DNA from: an uncultured Alphaproteobacteria bacterium | GTDB taxonomy: Bacteria > Pseudomonadota > Alphaproteobacteria > Rhizobiales > Xanthobacteraceae | NCBI GenBank assembly: GCA_963827465.1 | Contig: CAWHBC010000030.1 | Coordinates: forward strand, 1,422 to 65,421 | DNA length: 64,000 bases | Reading direction: 5' to 3' | Part shown: positions 48,690-57,787 of the stretch, piece after piece | Layout: each line of letters opens with the position of its first letter | Position numbering within the stretch: position 1 is the stretch's first letter | Translations under genes and position numbers: made by a program | Notes under the pieces: generated by a model | Database searches by the model: none | What the model was told of the DNA's origin: nothing | The model's input: only the letters and a program-made list of their open reading frames with translations

Positions 48690-49366
48690 GCCGGCCTCCG
48701 CGCCGCGAACAGGTGGTCGAGATTGGCGCGCATCATCGCCCGCACGTCGAGCGGTTCGAAGCGGTCGAACAGGCCGCTCCAGAAGATCGCGATGATGCCG
48801 GGCGCGACCAGCAATTGCGGGAAGCGCACCAGCGCGTCGTCGGCAAGCTCGCCGCGCTCGAACGCACGGCGCAACAGCGTCCGCACCGTCTTGATCAGAT
48901 GCGACAGCACCTCGCGGTAATAGAACTCGGCGAGCTTGGGGAACCGGCGGCCTTCGGAAATGATCAGGCGGATCACATCGCGGCGCCGGGTCTCGTAGAC
49001 CTCGCGCACGAATAGATCGATGAACCGCTCGCCCAACACGTTCATGGGCACGTCGCGCGCGCCCAGCGCAGCGATGGCGCCGATCATCGGGCTGAGCATG
49101 ACCCGGATCAGCTCCTGGAACAGGCTCTCTTTGTCGGCGAAGTGCAGATAGATGGTGCCCTTGGCGACATTGGCGCGTTTCGCCACGTCGTCGAGGCGCG
49201 CGGCGGCAAAGCCTTTGGCGGAAAATTCATCGAGCGCCGCGGCAAGAATGGCATCGCGGCGCGCGGCGGCCTTGGCCTGGCGCCGGGGCGGCCGGGCCGC
49301 CGCAGCCGCCCGCTTGCGGGATTTACGCTTTCGCCCGGGGAGCGCTTTTTCTGTCATTTTCGCCAT
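48686..49366 (-). CDS. TetR/AcrR-family transcriptional regulator
   Basis: RDAILAAALDEFSAKGFAAARLDDVAKRANVAKGTIYLHFADKESLF HTH region. Lys/Arg-rich N-terminal extension. The stop overlaps the hlyD start. Confidence 0.85.
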   Translation of the reverse strand: MAKMTEKALPGRKRKSRKRAAAAARPPRRQAKAAARRDAILAAALDEFSAKGFAAARLDDVAKRANVAKGTIYLHFADKESLFQELIRVMLSPMIGAIAALGARDVPMNVLGERFIDLFVREVYETRRRDVIRLIISEGRRFPKLAEFYYREVLSHLIKTVRTLLRRAFERGELADDALVRFPQLLVAPGIIAIFWSGLFDRFEPLDVRAMMRANLDHLFAARRPA

Positions 49367-49372
49367 TGACGT

Positions 49373-49398
49373 AATATGACTGACCGGTCAGTCATATT
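49373..49398. promoter_or_regulatory. 26-bp perfect palindrome, candidate TetR operator
   Basis: aatatgactgacc|ggtcagtcatatt, beginning 7 nt upstream of the tetR start codon. Confidence 0.6.
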
Positions 49399-49635
49399 CA
49401 AGACCCGGGCCCCGCATGGCGCAACGTCATAGAACCCGGGCAGCGCCAAGGCCTTGATTTCGATCAAAAGCAGCCGAGCCACGACGGCCCCAAACTAGGG
49501 GCGGAACCGGCCCATCAGGGCGGTTGTTGGCTATCGACAGAGGCCCGGATTGCGCTCGTGCGGAATCGGGGTACAGGTCAATCCGGAAGAATCGACCGCC
49601 TCGGCGAAGATCAGGAGACCGCTTTGACCGCCACC

Positions 49636-50940
49636 ATGACTGCCCCGCTCCCGACGCGCAGCGCGCAGCCGTGGTGGCGGCAACTGTGGGTCTGGGTGCT
49701 GATCGGCATGGCCGCGGGCGTCGCGCTCGGAATGGCCGCGCCCAATCTGGCAATCGCCATGGGACCGCTCGGCGACGCTTTCATCAAGCTGATCCGCATG
49801 CTGATCGCGCCGATTATTTTCTGCACGGTGGTGACCGGCATCGCCCGCATGGCGGACATGGCGAAGATCGGCCGGGTGGCGATCAAGGCGCTGGTCTATT
49901 TCGGAGTGATGACGACCGTGGCGCTGATCATCGGCCTGGTCGCCGTCAACCTGTTGCGCCCCGGCGTCGGCATGAATGTCGACGTCTCAAAGCTCAATCC
50001 AAGCGTCATCGAACCCTACGTCAAGCTGACCCACCAAGTCGGCGCGGTGCCGTTTCTGATGAACATCATTCCGAACAGCTATGTCGGCGCCTTCACCGAG
50101 GGCAACATTCTGCAGGTGCTGTTCGTCGCCATCCTGTCCGGCTTCGCGCTGGTCTTTGTCGGCGACAAAGCAAAGCCGCTAGTCGACCTGATCGATATCG
50201 CCGCCAAGATGGTGTTTCGCATCGTCGGCATGGTGATGTGGACGGCGCCGCTCGGCGCCTTCGGCGCGATCGCGTTCACCGTCGGCAAGTTCGGCGTCGG
50301 CTCGCTCGCTTCGCTCGGCTATCTGTTGCTCGGCTTTTATCTGACCTGCATCGTCTTCATCATTGTCGGTTTCGGCCCGGTGGCGCGGCTGTGCGGGTTC
50401 AGCCTTTGGCGCCTGATCCGCTATATCAAGGAAGAGTTGCTGATCTGCATCGCGACGACATCGTCGGAGACCGTGCTGCCGCGCATCATCGCCAAGCTCG
50501 AACAGCTCGGCTGCGAGCAAAGCGTAGTCGGGCTGGTGGTGCCGACCGGCTATTCGTTCAATCTCGACGGCACGTGCCTTTATCTCGCCACCGCCACGGT
50601 CTTTCTCGCTCAGGCCACCAACACCCCGCTCGATCTGTGGCATCAGATCGGATTGCTCTTGATATTGCTGCTCACCTCGAAGGGCGCGGCGGGCGTCGCC
50701 AGCGCGGCCTTCGTGGTTTTGGCCGCGACGCTCGGTGCGGACTCGACCATTCCGGTCGCCAGCGTGGCGCTGATCCTCGGCATCCATCGCCTGATGTCGC
50801 AGGGCCTGACGCCGACCAATCTGCTCGGCAATGCCGTCGCCACCATCGCCATGGCCAAGTGGGAAGGCGCGCTCGACGAGACGCGCCTGCATAGCGAGCT
50901 CGACAGCAACCCGGATCGAAACGTGCCGGTGGCCGCTTAG
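49636..50940 (+). CDS. dctA: C4-dicarboxylate / dicarboxylate-amino acid:cation symporter (DctA)
   Basis: ATG at 49636 in ORF 49558..50940. FIKLIRMLIAPIIFCTVVTGIA, TSSSETVLP and VPTGYSFNLDG motifs. Confidence 0.9.
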   Translation: MTAPLPTRSAQPWWRQLWVWVLIGMAAGVALGMAAPNLAIAMGPLGDAFIKLIRMLIAPIIFCTVVTGIARMADMAKIGRVAIKALVYFGVMTTVALIIGLVAVNLLRPGVGMNVDVSKLNPSVIEPYVKLTHQVGAVPFLMNIIPNSYVGAFTEGNILQVLFVAILSGFALVFVGDKAKPLVDLIDIAAKMVFRIVGMVMWTAPLGAFGAIAFTVGKFGVGSLASLGYLLLGFYLTCIVFIIVGFGPVARLCGFSLWRLIRYIKEELLICIATTSSETVLPRIIAKLEQLGCEQSVVGLVVPTGYSFNLDGTCLYLATATVFLAQATNTPLDLWHQIGLLLILLLTSKGAAGVASAAFVVLAATLGADSTIPVASVALILGIHRLMSQGLTPTNLLGNAVATIAMAKWEGALDETRLHSELDSNPDRNVPVAA

Positions 50941-50946
50941 AACGCC

Positions 50947-51319
50947 CTAGCCCTTTTCGTCACAGGCCCAGGCGCGCACCATGCAAGCGTGACCGCCGAA
51001 CTGGGCGCAGCGCTGCATCGAAATATTTTCGGCCTTGCCGAGATGCGAATTGAGCGCCCAGCCGTAGGAGCCGCATGGGTTCTTGGCGTCGACCGCCATG
51101 GCGGCGCAGCCCTTGCGGATGACGCCGACGATTTTGCACGTGCCGCCCGTGCATTTGCTCATCGCGGCGGCGCGGGCATCCGCGATTTTGCTGTAATCGA
51201 AGCCGTAGCCATAAGCGCCGCAGCTGCCGACGGCGAGCGCACCGGCGGCTTCGGCGAGAACTCGCGGCAGACAATGAAAACGCAAGCACAAGCGCTAAAC
51301 TGCGCAGAACGACCGGCAT
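50947..51319 (-). pseudogene. DUF4189 domain secreted protein, signal peptide in a different frame (break near 51262-51266)
   Basis: Signal peptide MPVVLRSLALVLAFSLSAA in ORF 50960..51319. The mature Cys-rich domain VLAEAAGALAVGSCGAYGYGFDYS...CTGGTCKIVGVIRKGCAAMAV...CAQFGGHACMVRAWACDEKG is in ORF 50947..51291. Confidence 0.65.
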
Positions 51320-51385
51320 GGAAGCCCCTCCCCCGAGGAACGCGGCAAAGCTAACCGGGAAGGGTTGCGAGTTAGTGAACGGCGG

Positions 51386-52999
51386 TTACGTCTTCTCCAG
51401 CTCTTTTTTTACCGCCGCCAGCGCTTCGGGCGTATCGACATCGGTGAGCGCGGCAGCGCCCGAAACCGGCACTTCCGCGACGGCTTCAGGGTAGCGGCCG
51501 ATCAGATAGCGGGCGCCGACGTCGCCCTCGACCGTCATCAGATCGGCAAAGAAGCGCCGCGACCACACCACCGGATTGCCGCGCTTGCCGTCGATGGTCG
51601 GCACCGCAACAAGCGCGCCCTTGTCGGGATCGAGCGCGCCGATCAGCCGGTCGATCAGGCCGGCATCGACCTGCGGCATGTCGCCGAGGCAGACGATGAC
51701 GCCGTCGACACCGGCCGGCAGCGCGGCAATGCCGGTTTTGAGCGAGGTGCCCAAGCCGTCGGCGAACACCGGATTGTGCACCAATGTCACCGGCAGCCCG
51801 GAAAGCGCCGCCTCGACGCGCTCGCGCTGATGGCCGGTGACCACGATCACCGGCCGCGCGCGCGAGGCCAGCGCTTGCTCGATCACAATCCGGATAAGCG
51901 GACGGCCGCCGATCTCCGCCAAAAGCTTGTTCGGGCCGCCCATACGGCTTGAACGGCCGGCGCCAAGGACGATCGCGGCCACCGCGCGAGCCGGACGCAC
52001 CGGCTCCTCGCGCGGCTGCGGCCGGGTGACAATTTCCATCAGGAGGCCGCCGACGCCGAGCCCGGTGATGTCCTCGCGCGGCACCGCTAGACCGGCCAAC
52101 ATCCGCATCAAGACCCAATCGAATCCGTTCTCCTTGGGACTGCGGGCGCAGCCCGGCGCGCCGATCACCGGGCGCGCACCGGCGGCGCCGATCATCAACA
52201 GGTTGCCGGGATCGACCGGCATACCGAAATGCTCGATGCGGCCGCCGATCTCTTCCAAGGCTGCGGGAATAACATCGCGGCGATCGGCAATCGCCGAAGC
52301 ACCGAACACGATGACGAGCTCAGAGCCTGCTTTAAGGACTTCATTCAATGCACGAGCGAGCGCCGTGCTGTCATGCGGCACGCGCCGCTCGGCGACAATC
52401 GTAGCGCCGGCGGGCGCCAGCCGCTCCGCCGTGATCTTGAGCGTCTTTTCGATGACCTTCGATGCCAAGCCCGGCAACACGGTCGACACCACGCCCACTT
52501 TGCGGATGCGGTAGGGCGCGATGCGAATGAGCGGGGCTTTGACGCCGGCAAGCGCTTTGTCGCGCGCCGCGCCAGCGACCGCGAAGGGAATGATTTTCAC
52601 GGTCGCGATCATCTCGCCGGCGACCACCGGCTTATAGGCCGGCAGCGTCGCCAAGGTGATCGCCTCGTCGACCCGGTTGAGCCGATCGATGGCGTCCTTG
52701 TCGACCACCAGCACGCCCGAGCTTTGCGCGAACAGATTGGCGCGGCCGGTGAAGGCGCGATCGACATGCACGCCCTCCCCGGCGACCGCCTCGGCGATTT
52801 CGGCAGCCGCGACATCCTCGGACACGTCGCCCGGTTCGAGCCGTGCCACCACGACATCCTTGATTCCAGCCGCCTGCAGCGCCGCGGCTTCGGCGGCGCC
52901 GATCAGCGTGCCTTTCTTCAGGACGAGGCCGTCCTGCCGGATGGTGTGCACGGCGGTGGCGCCGATGGCCTCCGCCGGCGCGACCGCACCGAATTTCAT
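51386..52999 (-). CDS. fusion of a molybdopterin-binding (MoCF_BD) domain and a MobA/MocA-like nucleotidyltransferase (molybdenum cofactor cytidylyltransferase-type)
   Basis: ATG at 52999 inside ORF 51386..53335, overlapping the XdhC stop (ATGA). The C-terminal part VLGAGRSSRMGGPNKLL...VVTGH...CLGDMPQV is MocA-like. Confidence 0.8.
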   Translation of the reverse strand: MKFGAVAPAEAIGATAVHTIRQDGLVLKKGTLIGAAEAAALQAAGIKDVVVARLEPGDVSEDVAAAEIAEAVAGEGVHVDRAFTGRANLFAQSSGVLVVDKDAIDRLNRVDEAITLATLPAYKPVVAGEMIATVKIIPFAVAGAARDKALAGVKAPLIRIAPYRIRKVGVVSTVLPGLASKVIEKTLKITAERLAPAGATIVAERRVPHDSTALARALNEVLKAGSELVIVFGASAIADRRDVIPAALEEIGGRIEHFGMPVDPGNLLMIGAAGARPVIGAPGCARSPKENGFDWVLMRMLAGLAVPREDITGLGVGGLLMEIVTRPQPREEPVRPARAVAAIVLGAGRSSRMGGPNKLLAEIGGRPLIRIVIEQALASRARPVIVVTGHQRERVEAALSGLPVTLVHNPVFADGLGTSLKTGIAALPAGVDGVIVCLGDMPQVDAGLIDRLIGALDPDKGALVAVPTIDGKRGNPVVWSRRFFADLMTVEGDVGARYLIGRYPEAVAEVPVSGAAALTDVDTPEALAAVKKELEKT

Positions 53000-53703
53000 G
53001 ACGCCGCCTTGATCGGCTCGGCGTCGACCTCTTCGCGCAGCCGCTCGGTGATCTGCGCCATGATGGCAACCGCGATCTCGGCCGGCGACACCGCGCCGAT
53101 ATCGAGCCCGATCGGCGCGGCGATGCGGCCGATGGCGGCGTCGCCGAGGCCGGCCGCCTTGAGCCGCTCGACGCGGCGGCCATGAGTTTTGCGCGAGCCG
53201 AGCGCACCGACATAAAAACAGTCGCGCTCCAGCGCGTGCAGGAGCGCCCGATCGTCGATCTTCGGATCGTGGGTGAGCGCGACAAATGCCGTGTAGCGGT
53301 CGACGTTGAGAGGCGGCAGCGCCTTGTCCGGCCACTCGGCGATCACCTTGACGTCCGGGAAGCGTTCCGGCGAAGCGAACGCGGTACGCGGATCGACGAT
53401 GGTGACGTCATAGCCGAGAAGCTTGCCGATCGGCGCCAGCGCCTGGCTGATGTGAACCGCGCCGATGATGACAAGCTGCGGCGCCGGAACATAGACAGTG
53501 AGAAACACCCTGCCTTCGGCGGTCTCCTCCATGCCGCTTTTGCTGGTGCGCAAATGCTCGGTGAGGATGCCGCGCAGCGGATCCTTGCCGATGTCGGCGG
53601 CTTTCACCAGCCGCTGCCGGCCGCTCTCGACGTGGGTCACGACGATCACGGCGCGGCGCGCGGCGCGTTCGGCGTTCAGGGCGGTGAGGATGGCGAGCTT
53701 CAT
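52996..53703 (-). CDS. XdhC/CoxI-family accessory protein (Rossmann-like C-terminal domain type)
   Basis: LVIIGAVHISQALAPIGKLLGYDVTIVDPR...VALTHDPKIDD...YVGALGSRKTH. Confidence 0.85.
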   Translation of the reverse strand: MKLAILTALNAERAARRAVIVVTHVESGRQRLVKAADIGKDPLRGILTEHLRTSKSGMEETAEGRVFLTVYVPAPQLVIIGAVHISQALAPIGKLLGYDVTIVDPRTAFASPERFPDVKVIAEWPDKALPPLNVDRYTAFVALTHDPKIDDRALLHALERDCFYVGALGSRKTHGRRVERLKAAGLGDAAIGRIAAPIGLDIGAVSPAEIAVAIMAQITERLREEVDAEPIKAAS

Positions 53704-53712
53704 GGCCTCTGA

Positions 53713-54036
53713 CTACTCCACCTTTTCGACAAGCACCCGGATGGTGCCGCCGCAGGACAGGCCGACCTTCCAGGCGGTTTCGTCGGCGACGCCGAATTCC
53801 AGCATTTTGGGCTTGCCGCTTTCGATGACGTCGAGCGCTTCGGTGACGACGGCGCCTTCGACGCAGCCGCCGGATACCGAGCCGAGGAAATTACCGTCCT
53901 GGTCGATGACGAGGTTGGAGCCGACCGGCCGCGGCGCCGAGCCCCAGGTCTCTACCACGGTGGCGAGCGCCACCGCGCGGCCGGATTTGCGCCAGTCCTC
54001 GGCGGCCTTGAGAATGTCGTTGTCGGTCGAAAGCAT
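53713..54036 (-). CDS. XdhC-family N-terminal domain protein
   Basis: 107 aa. VALATVVETWGSAPRPVGSNLVIDQDGNFLGSVSGGCVEGAV. Confidence 0.8.
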   Translation of the reverse strand: MLSTDNDILKAAEDWRKSGRAVALATVVETWGSAPRPVGSNLVIDQDGNFLGSVSGGCVEGAVVTEALDVIESGKPKMLEFGVADETAWKVGLSCGGTIRVLVEKVE

Positions 54037-54077
54037 GATTGACCTCCTTACCGCTATATCCGCCCGAATATAATGCT

Positions 54078-55283
54078 TTACGCCACGCTTTGCATCCAGG
54101 CTTTCGGATCACCGGCCCGGTCGCCGCCGCCGGACAGCGCGGCAACCAGGGCGCCCATGGATTCCAGGTTGTGGATGGCGCGGAATTCGTCGACATGCGG
54201 CAGCATCGCCTTGATGCCGCGGGCGCGCGCCTCGAAGCCCTCGAAGCGGAGCAGCGGATTGAGCCAGATCAGCCGCCGGGCGGAGCGGTGCAGGCGATCG
54301 ATCTCGAAGGCGAGCGTATCGTCGGAGTCGCGCTCCAGCCCATCGGTGATCAGCAGCACGATGGCACCCTGGCCGAGCACGCGCCGCGCCCACTGCTTGT
54401 TGAAGACGTGCAGCGACGAGGCGATGCGGGTGCCGCCCGACCAGTCCGGCACGGCGCCGGAGCAGGCCGCCAGGGCATCGTCGGGGTCGCGCTCGCGCAG
54501 CGCGCGGGTGACATTGGACAGCCGCGTGCCGAACAGAAACGTCGACACCCGCTTGCGCGCATCGGTCAGCGCGTGGAGGAAATGCAGGAAGATGCGGCTG
54601 TACTGACTCATCGAGCCGGAGATATCGAGCAGCGCCACGATCGGCGGCGGCTTGGTCTTCGGTCCGATGAAGCGCAGATCGATGAAGTCGCCACCGCCCT
54701 TCATGCTGGCGCGCAGCGTGCGGCGGATATCGATGAAGTGACCGTGGACGTGCGGGGCGAGCCGCCGCGTGCGCACTTCGGCGAGCGGCAAGACCAGGCG
54801 CTTCATGGCATCCTTGGCTTTGGCGATCTCGGCAACCGTCATCTGGGCGAAATCCTTGCGCTGCAGCACCTCGCGATCCGACACCGTCATGCGGGCGTCG
54901 AGCTCAATCTCGCTTTCCTTTTTCAGCTTGTCGTCAAGGCCGGCGAACAGCGCCTCGTGCACGCGCGTGGCGCCGGCCTGGGGCGCCTGCGGCGGCGCCG
55001 GCGACTGCGGCAGCATCATCGCCAGCAGTTGATCGACATAGCCGCGGCGGCGGAAGAAGATGCGGAACGCCTGATCGAACAGGATCGCGTGCTCGTGCCG
55101 TTTCACGAATACGGCGTGCAGCGTCCAGTAAAAATCATCGCGGGTGCCGACGCCGGCGGTCTTTAACGCCTCCAAGGCGTCGAGCACCGCGCCGGGGCCG
55201 ACCGGAATCCCGGCGGCGCGCAAGGCGCGGGCGAAATAAAGCACGTTCTCGGCAAGCCGGCCGGATGGTTGGGGCTCGGTCAT
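54078..55283 (-). CDS. coxE: VWA domain protein, CoxE-like
   Basis: 401 aa. The C-terminal VWA has a MIDAS-like LLDISGSM. Sits in the cox accessory gene context. Confidence 0.85.
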   Translation of the reverse strand: MTEPQPSGRLAENVLYFARALRAAGIPVGPGAVLDALEALKTAGVGTRDDFYWTLHAVFVKRHEHAILFDQAFRIFFRRRGYVDQLLAMMLPQSPAPPQAPQAGATRVHEALFAGLDDKLKKESEIELDARMTVSDREVLQRKDFAQMTVAEIAKAKDAMKRLVLPLAEVRTRRLAPHVHGHFIDIRRTLRASMKGGGDFIDLRFIGPKTKPPPIVALLDISGSMSQYSRIFLHFLHALTDARKRVSTFLFGTRLSNVTRALRERDPDDALAACSGAVPDWSGGTRIASSLHVFNKQWARRVLGQGAIVLLITDGLERDSDDTLAFEIDRLHRSARRLIWLNPLLRFEGFEARARGIKAMLPHVDEFRAIHNLESMGALVAALSGGGDRAGDPKAWMQSVA

Positions 55284-55439
55284 GCGGCCTGCCCGGCTTG
55301 CGCCGCGTGGCGGCTTGCGATAGATGCTGCAGCCGACGCGGCCTCCTCCGCGCCGTAAGCGTTCACGTCAGTCAACGCGCCAGTACGATCGCTGTCCGCA
55401 AGGTGCGGAGAGAAGCGATCCGGCGCTTGGAGCCATGAC

Positions 55440-56684
55440 GTGTCGCGCATCTTCAAAGTCCTGATTTCTCCGTTCACCACGTTTCGTGCCGCGCCTCCCG
55501 CGGCGCGGGTCGGTTCGTTCCTGTTTTTTGTCGCCAGCGTCGCCGACGGCACGCTGATGCCGTTTTTCCCGCTATGGGCGCGCAACGACGCCGGCATACC
55601 CGTGCAATATATCGGTTTGCTGCTCGGATGCTATGCGGGCGGCGAACTCTTGGCCACGCCCTTTGTCGGCGGGATTGCCGACCGCGTCGGGCGGCGGCCG
55701 GTGCTTCTGGCCTCGACGACCGGCATCGGCATCGGCTTTCTGCTGCTGTACTGCGCTCCGGGCATTATCGCCACCGCGGGGTCGCTTCTCGTCATCGGCT
55801 TGTTCGAAAGCGTTCTCCACCCCACCGCCGCGACCGTGATTACCGACGTGGTACCGGTGGAAGACCGCCGCGGCCATTTCGCCATGACGCGGATGATGTC
55901 GAACGCCGGCCGGATCATCGGTCCGGCGCTCGGCGGCGTGCTGGCGCTGTGGTCGCTGCACCTCGTCTTCTTCGGTGCCGCCGCCACCATCCTGACCGGC
56001 GCGGTCGCGGTCGCGGCGCTGTTGCCGGAGACATGGCACAAGACTTGGCACGGCGCAGCCGAGCGCGAGGAGGACGATGACGACGAAAGCCTCACCGCGC
56101 TCGGCGCGGCGCTGCGCGACCGGCGGCTTGCCGGGTTGCTGTTGTCGATATCCGCACTCGAAATCGCCGTAAGCTGGATCGAGGCCGTCACGCCCCTTTA
56201 TGCCACCGCGGCAGGCGCGGTGACACCGACCGGCGTCGGGCTGCTGTTCGCTTATGCGGGCGTCGTCGGCGTCATCTTCCAGTTGCCGGTGACGCAGGCC
56301 TCGCAGCGCGTCAGCGGCTTCAGTACCGTCTTGGCGGCAGGCGCCATCGAGGCGATCGGTTTCGCTTTTCTGTTGCCGGCACCGGCGCTGCCGCTTCTGA
56401 TCGCAGCCATCACCTGCATGTCGTTTGCACGCATGCTGTCAGGCCCGCTGGTTCAGGCCATCGTGTCGGAGCTGGCGCCGCGCAACGCGCAGGCGACCTA
56501 TCAAGCCGCATTCTCGGTGGTGTTCGATCTGAAAGACGCCGCCGGACCCGCGGTCGGGACCTGGCTCTACGCGATCTCGGCCGTGCTGCCCTGGGGCACC
56601 GGGATTGCGGTTTCGCTTGTCGCTTCGGGCGCACTGGCCGTCGCAACGCGGCGGCACGAAGCAGAAAAAGCCAAGACGCCGTGA
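55440..56684 (+). CDS. MFS transporter
   Basis: 414 aa with a GTG start. GGIADRVGRRPVL loop and 12 hydrophobic segments. It lies on the opposite strand inside the cox accessory cluster. Confidence 0.8.
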   Translation: MSRIFKVLISPFTTFRAAPPAARVGSFLFFVASVADGTLMPFFPLWARNDAGIPVQYIGLLLGCYAGGELLATPFVGGIADRVGRRPVLLASTTGIGIGFLLLYCAPGIIATAGSLLVIGLFESVLHPTAATVITDVVPVEDRRGHFAMTRMMSNAGRIIGPALGGVLALWSLHLVFFGAAATILTGAVAVAALLPETWHKTWHGAAEREEDDDDESLTALGAALRDRRLAGLLLSISALEIAVSWIEAVTPLYATAAGAVTPTGVGLLFAYAGVVGVIFQLPVTQASQRVSGFSTVLAAGAIEAIGFAFLLPAPALPLLIAAITCMSFARMLSGPLVQAIVSELAPRNAQATYQAAFSVVFDLKDAAGPAVGTWLYAISAVLPWGTGIAVSLVASGALAVATRRHEAEKAKTP

Positions 56685-56696
56685 GAAAGCGGCGCC

Positions 56697-57629
56697 CTAC
56701 TCGGCCGCGCGCAAGTCCGACTTCACCTCGTCGAGCAGCTCCTTCACTTTTGAGCCTTCGAGCTTGGCGATGTCGTCCTGATATTTGAGGAGCACGCCGA
56801 GGGTATCGGACACCGTTGCCGGATCGAGCGCCACCACGTCGAGCTCGGACAGCGCCGCGGCCCAATCGAGCGTCTCGGCGACGCCGGGCGATTTGAACAA
56901 ATCCTGCTTGCGCAGGCGCTGCACGAAAGCGACGACCTGCTCCGTGAGCTTCTTGCTCACGCCGGGTATCCTTGTGCGCACGATGGCAAGCTCGCGCTCG
57001 GCCGTCGGGTAACCGACCCAGTGGTAGAGGCAGCGGCGCTTGAGCGCATCATGCACCTCGCGGGTGCGGTTCGAGGTAATGACGACGACGGGCGGATGCG
57101 CGGCCTTCACCGTGCCCATTTCCGGGATGGTGATCTGAAAGTCGGCCAAGACTTCAAGAAGGTATGCCTCGAACGCTTCGTCGGTGCGGTCGATCTCGTC
57201 GATCAGCAGCACCGGCGCCCCGGCGGTATCGGGCTCGAGCGCCTGCAGGAGCGGCCGCTTGATCAGAAACCGCTCGGAGAACACGTCGTGCTCCAGCCGG
57301 GCGCGGTCGTGCTCGCCTTCGGCTTCGGCGACGCGGATGGCGATCATCTGCGCGGCGTAATTCCACTCATAGACGGCGGTGGCGACGTCGAGGCCCTCAT
57401 AGCATTGCAGCCGGATCAAATGGCGGCCGAGCGTCGTCGACAACACTTTGGCAATCTCGGTCTTGCCGACGCCGGCCTCGCCTTCAAGGAAGATGGGCCG
57501 GCCCATCTTGAGCGCCAGAAACAGTACGGTGCCGAGCGAGCGGTCGGCGAGATAACCGGCCTCGGCCAAGAGATTGACGGTGGCGTCGATCGAGGCCGGC
57601 AGCGGGCGGGGCGAAGAAACCGGGTTCAT
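56697..57629 (-). CDS. coxD: MoxR-family AAA+ ATPase, CoxD-like
   Basis: ATG at 57629 (MNPVSSP...). Walker A GEAGVGKT and Walker B LLIDEIDR. The ORF extension to 57752 is AT-rich and unlikely to be coding. Confidence 0.9.
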   Translation of the reverse strand: MNPVSSPRPLPASIDATVNLLAEAGYLADRSLGTVLFLALKMGRPIFLEGEAGVGKTEIAKVLSTTLGRHLIRLQCYEGLDVATAVYEWNYAAQMIAIRVAEAEGEHDRARLEHDVFSERFLIKRPLLQALEPDTAGAPVLLIDEIDRTDEAFEAYLLEVLADFQITIPEMGTVKAAHPPVVVITSNRTREVHDALKRRCLYHWVGYPTAERELAIVRTRIPGVSKKLTEQVVAFVQRLRKQDLFKSPGVAETLDWAAALSELDVVALDPATVSDTLGVLLKYQDDIAKLEGSKVKELLDEVKSDLRAAE

Positions 57630-57787
57630 GCCGCCTGGATATAGGCCTTCGGGGCCGCGATCAAATCCACCCTCCCAGGCGGAGTTTGGAGATTGGGGTT
57701 GTGTCCCTTTATTTAGGACTATGTCCTTTTTATCTCGACACTCGTCTCTCACACGATTACGTGCGCTGATGGTTGGAGGGGAACCGA

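Noticed and set aside
49480-49635. Sigma-54 promoter upstream of dctA, as in rhizobial dctA
   Set aside because: The best candidate (aGGCCCggaTTGCg) has GG-GC spacing two bases too short. No dctB or dctD genes are adjacent.
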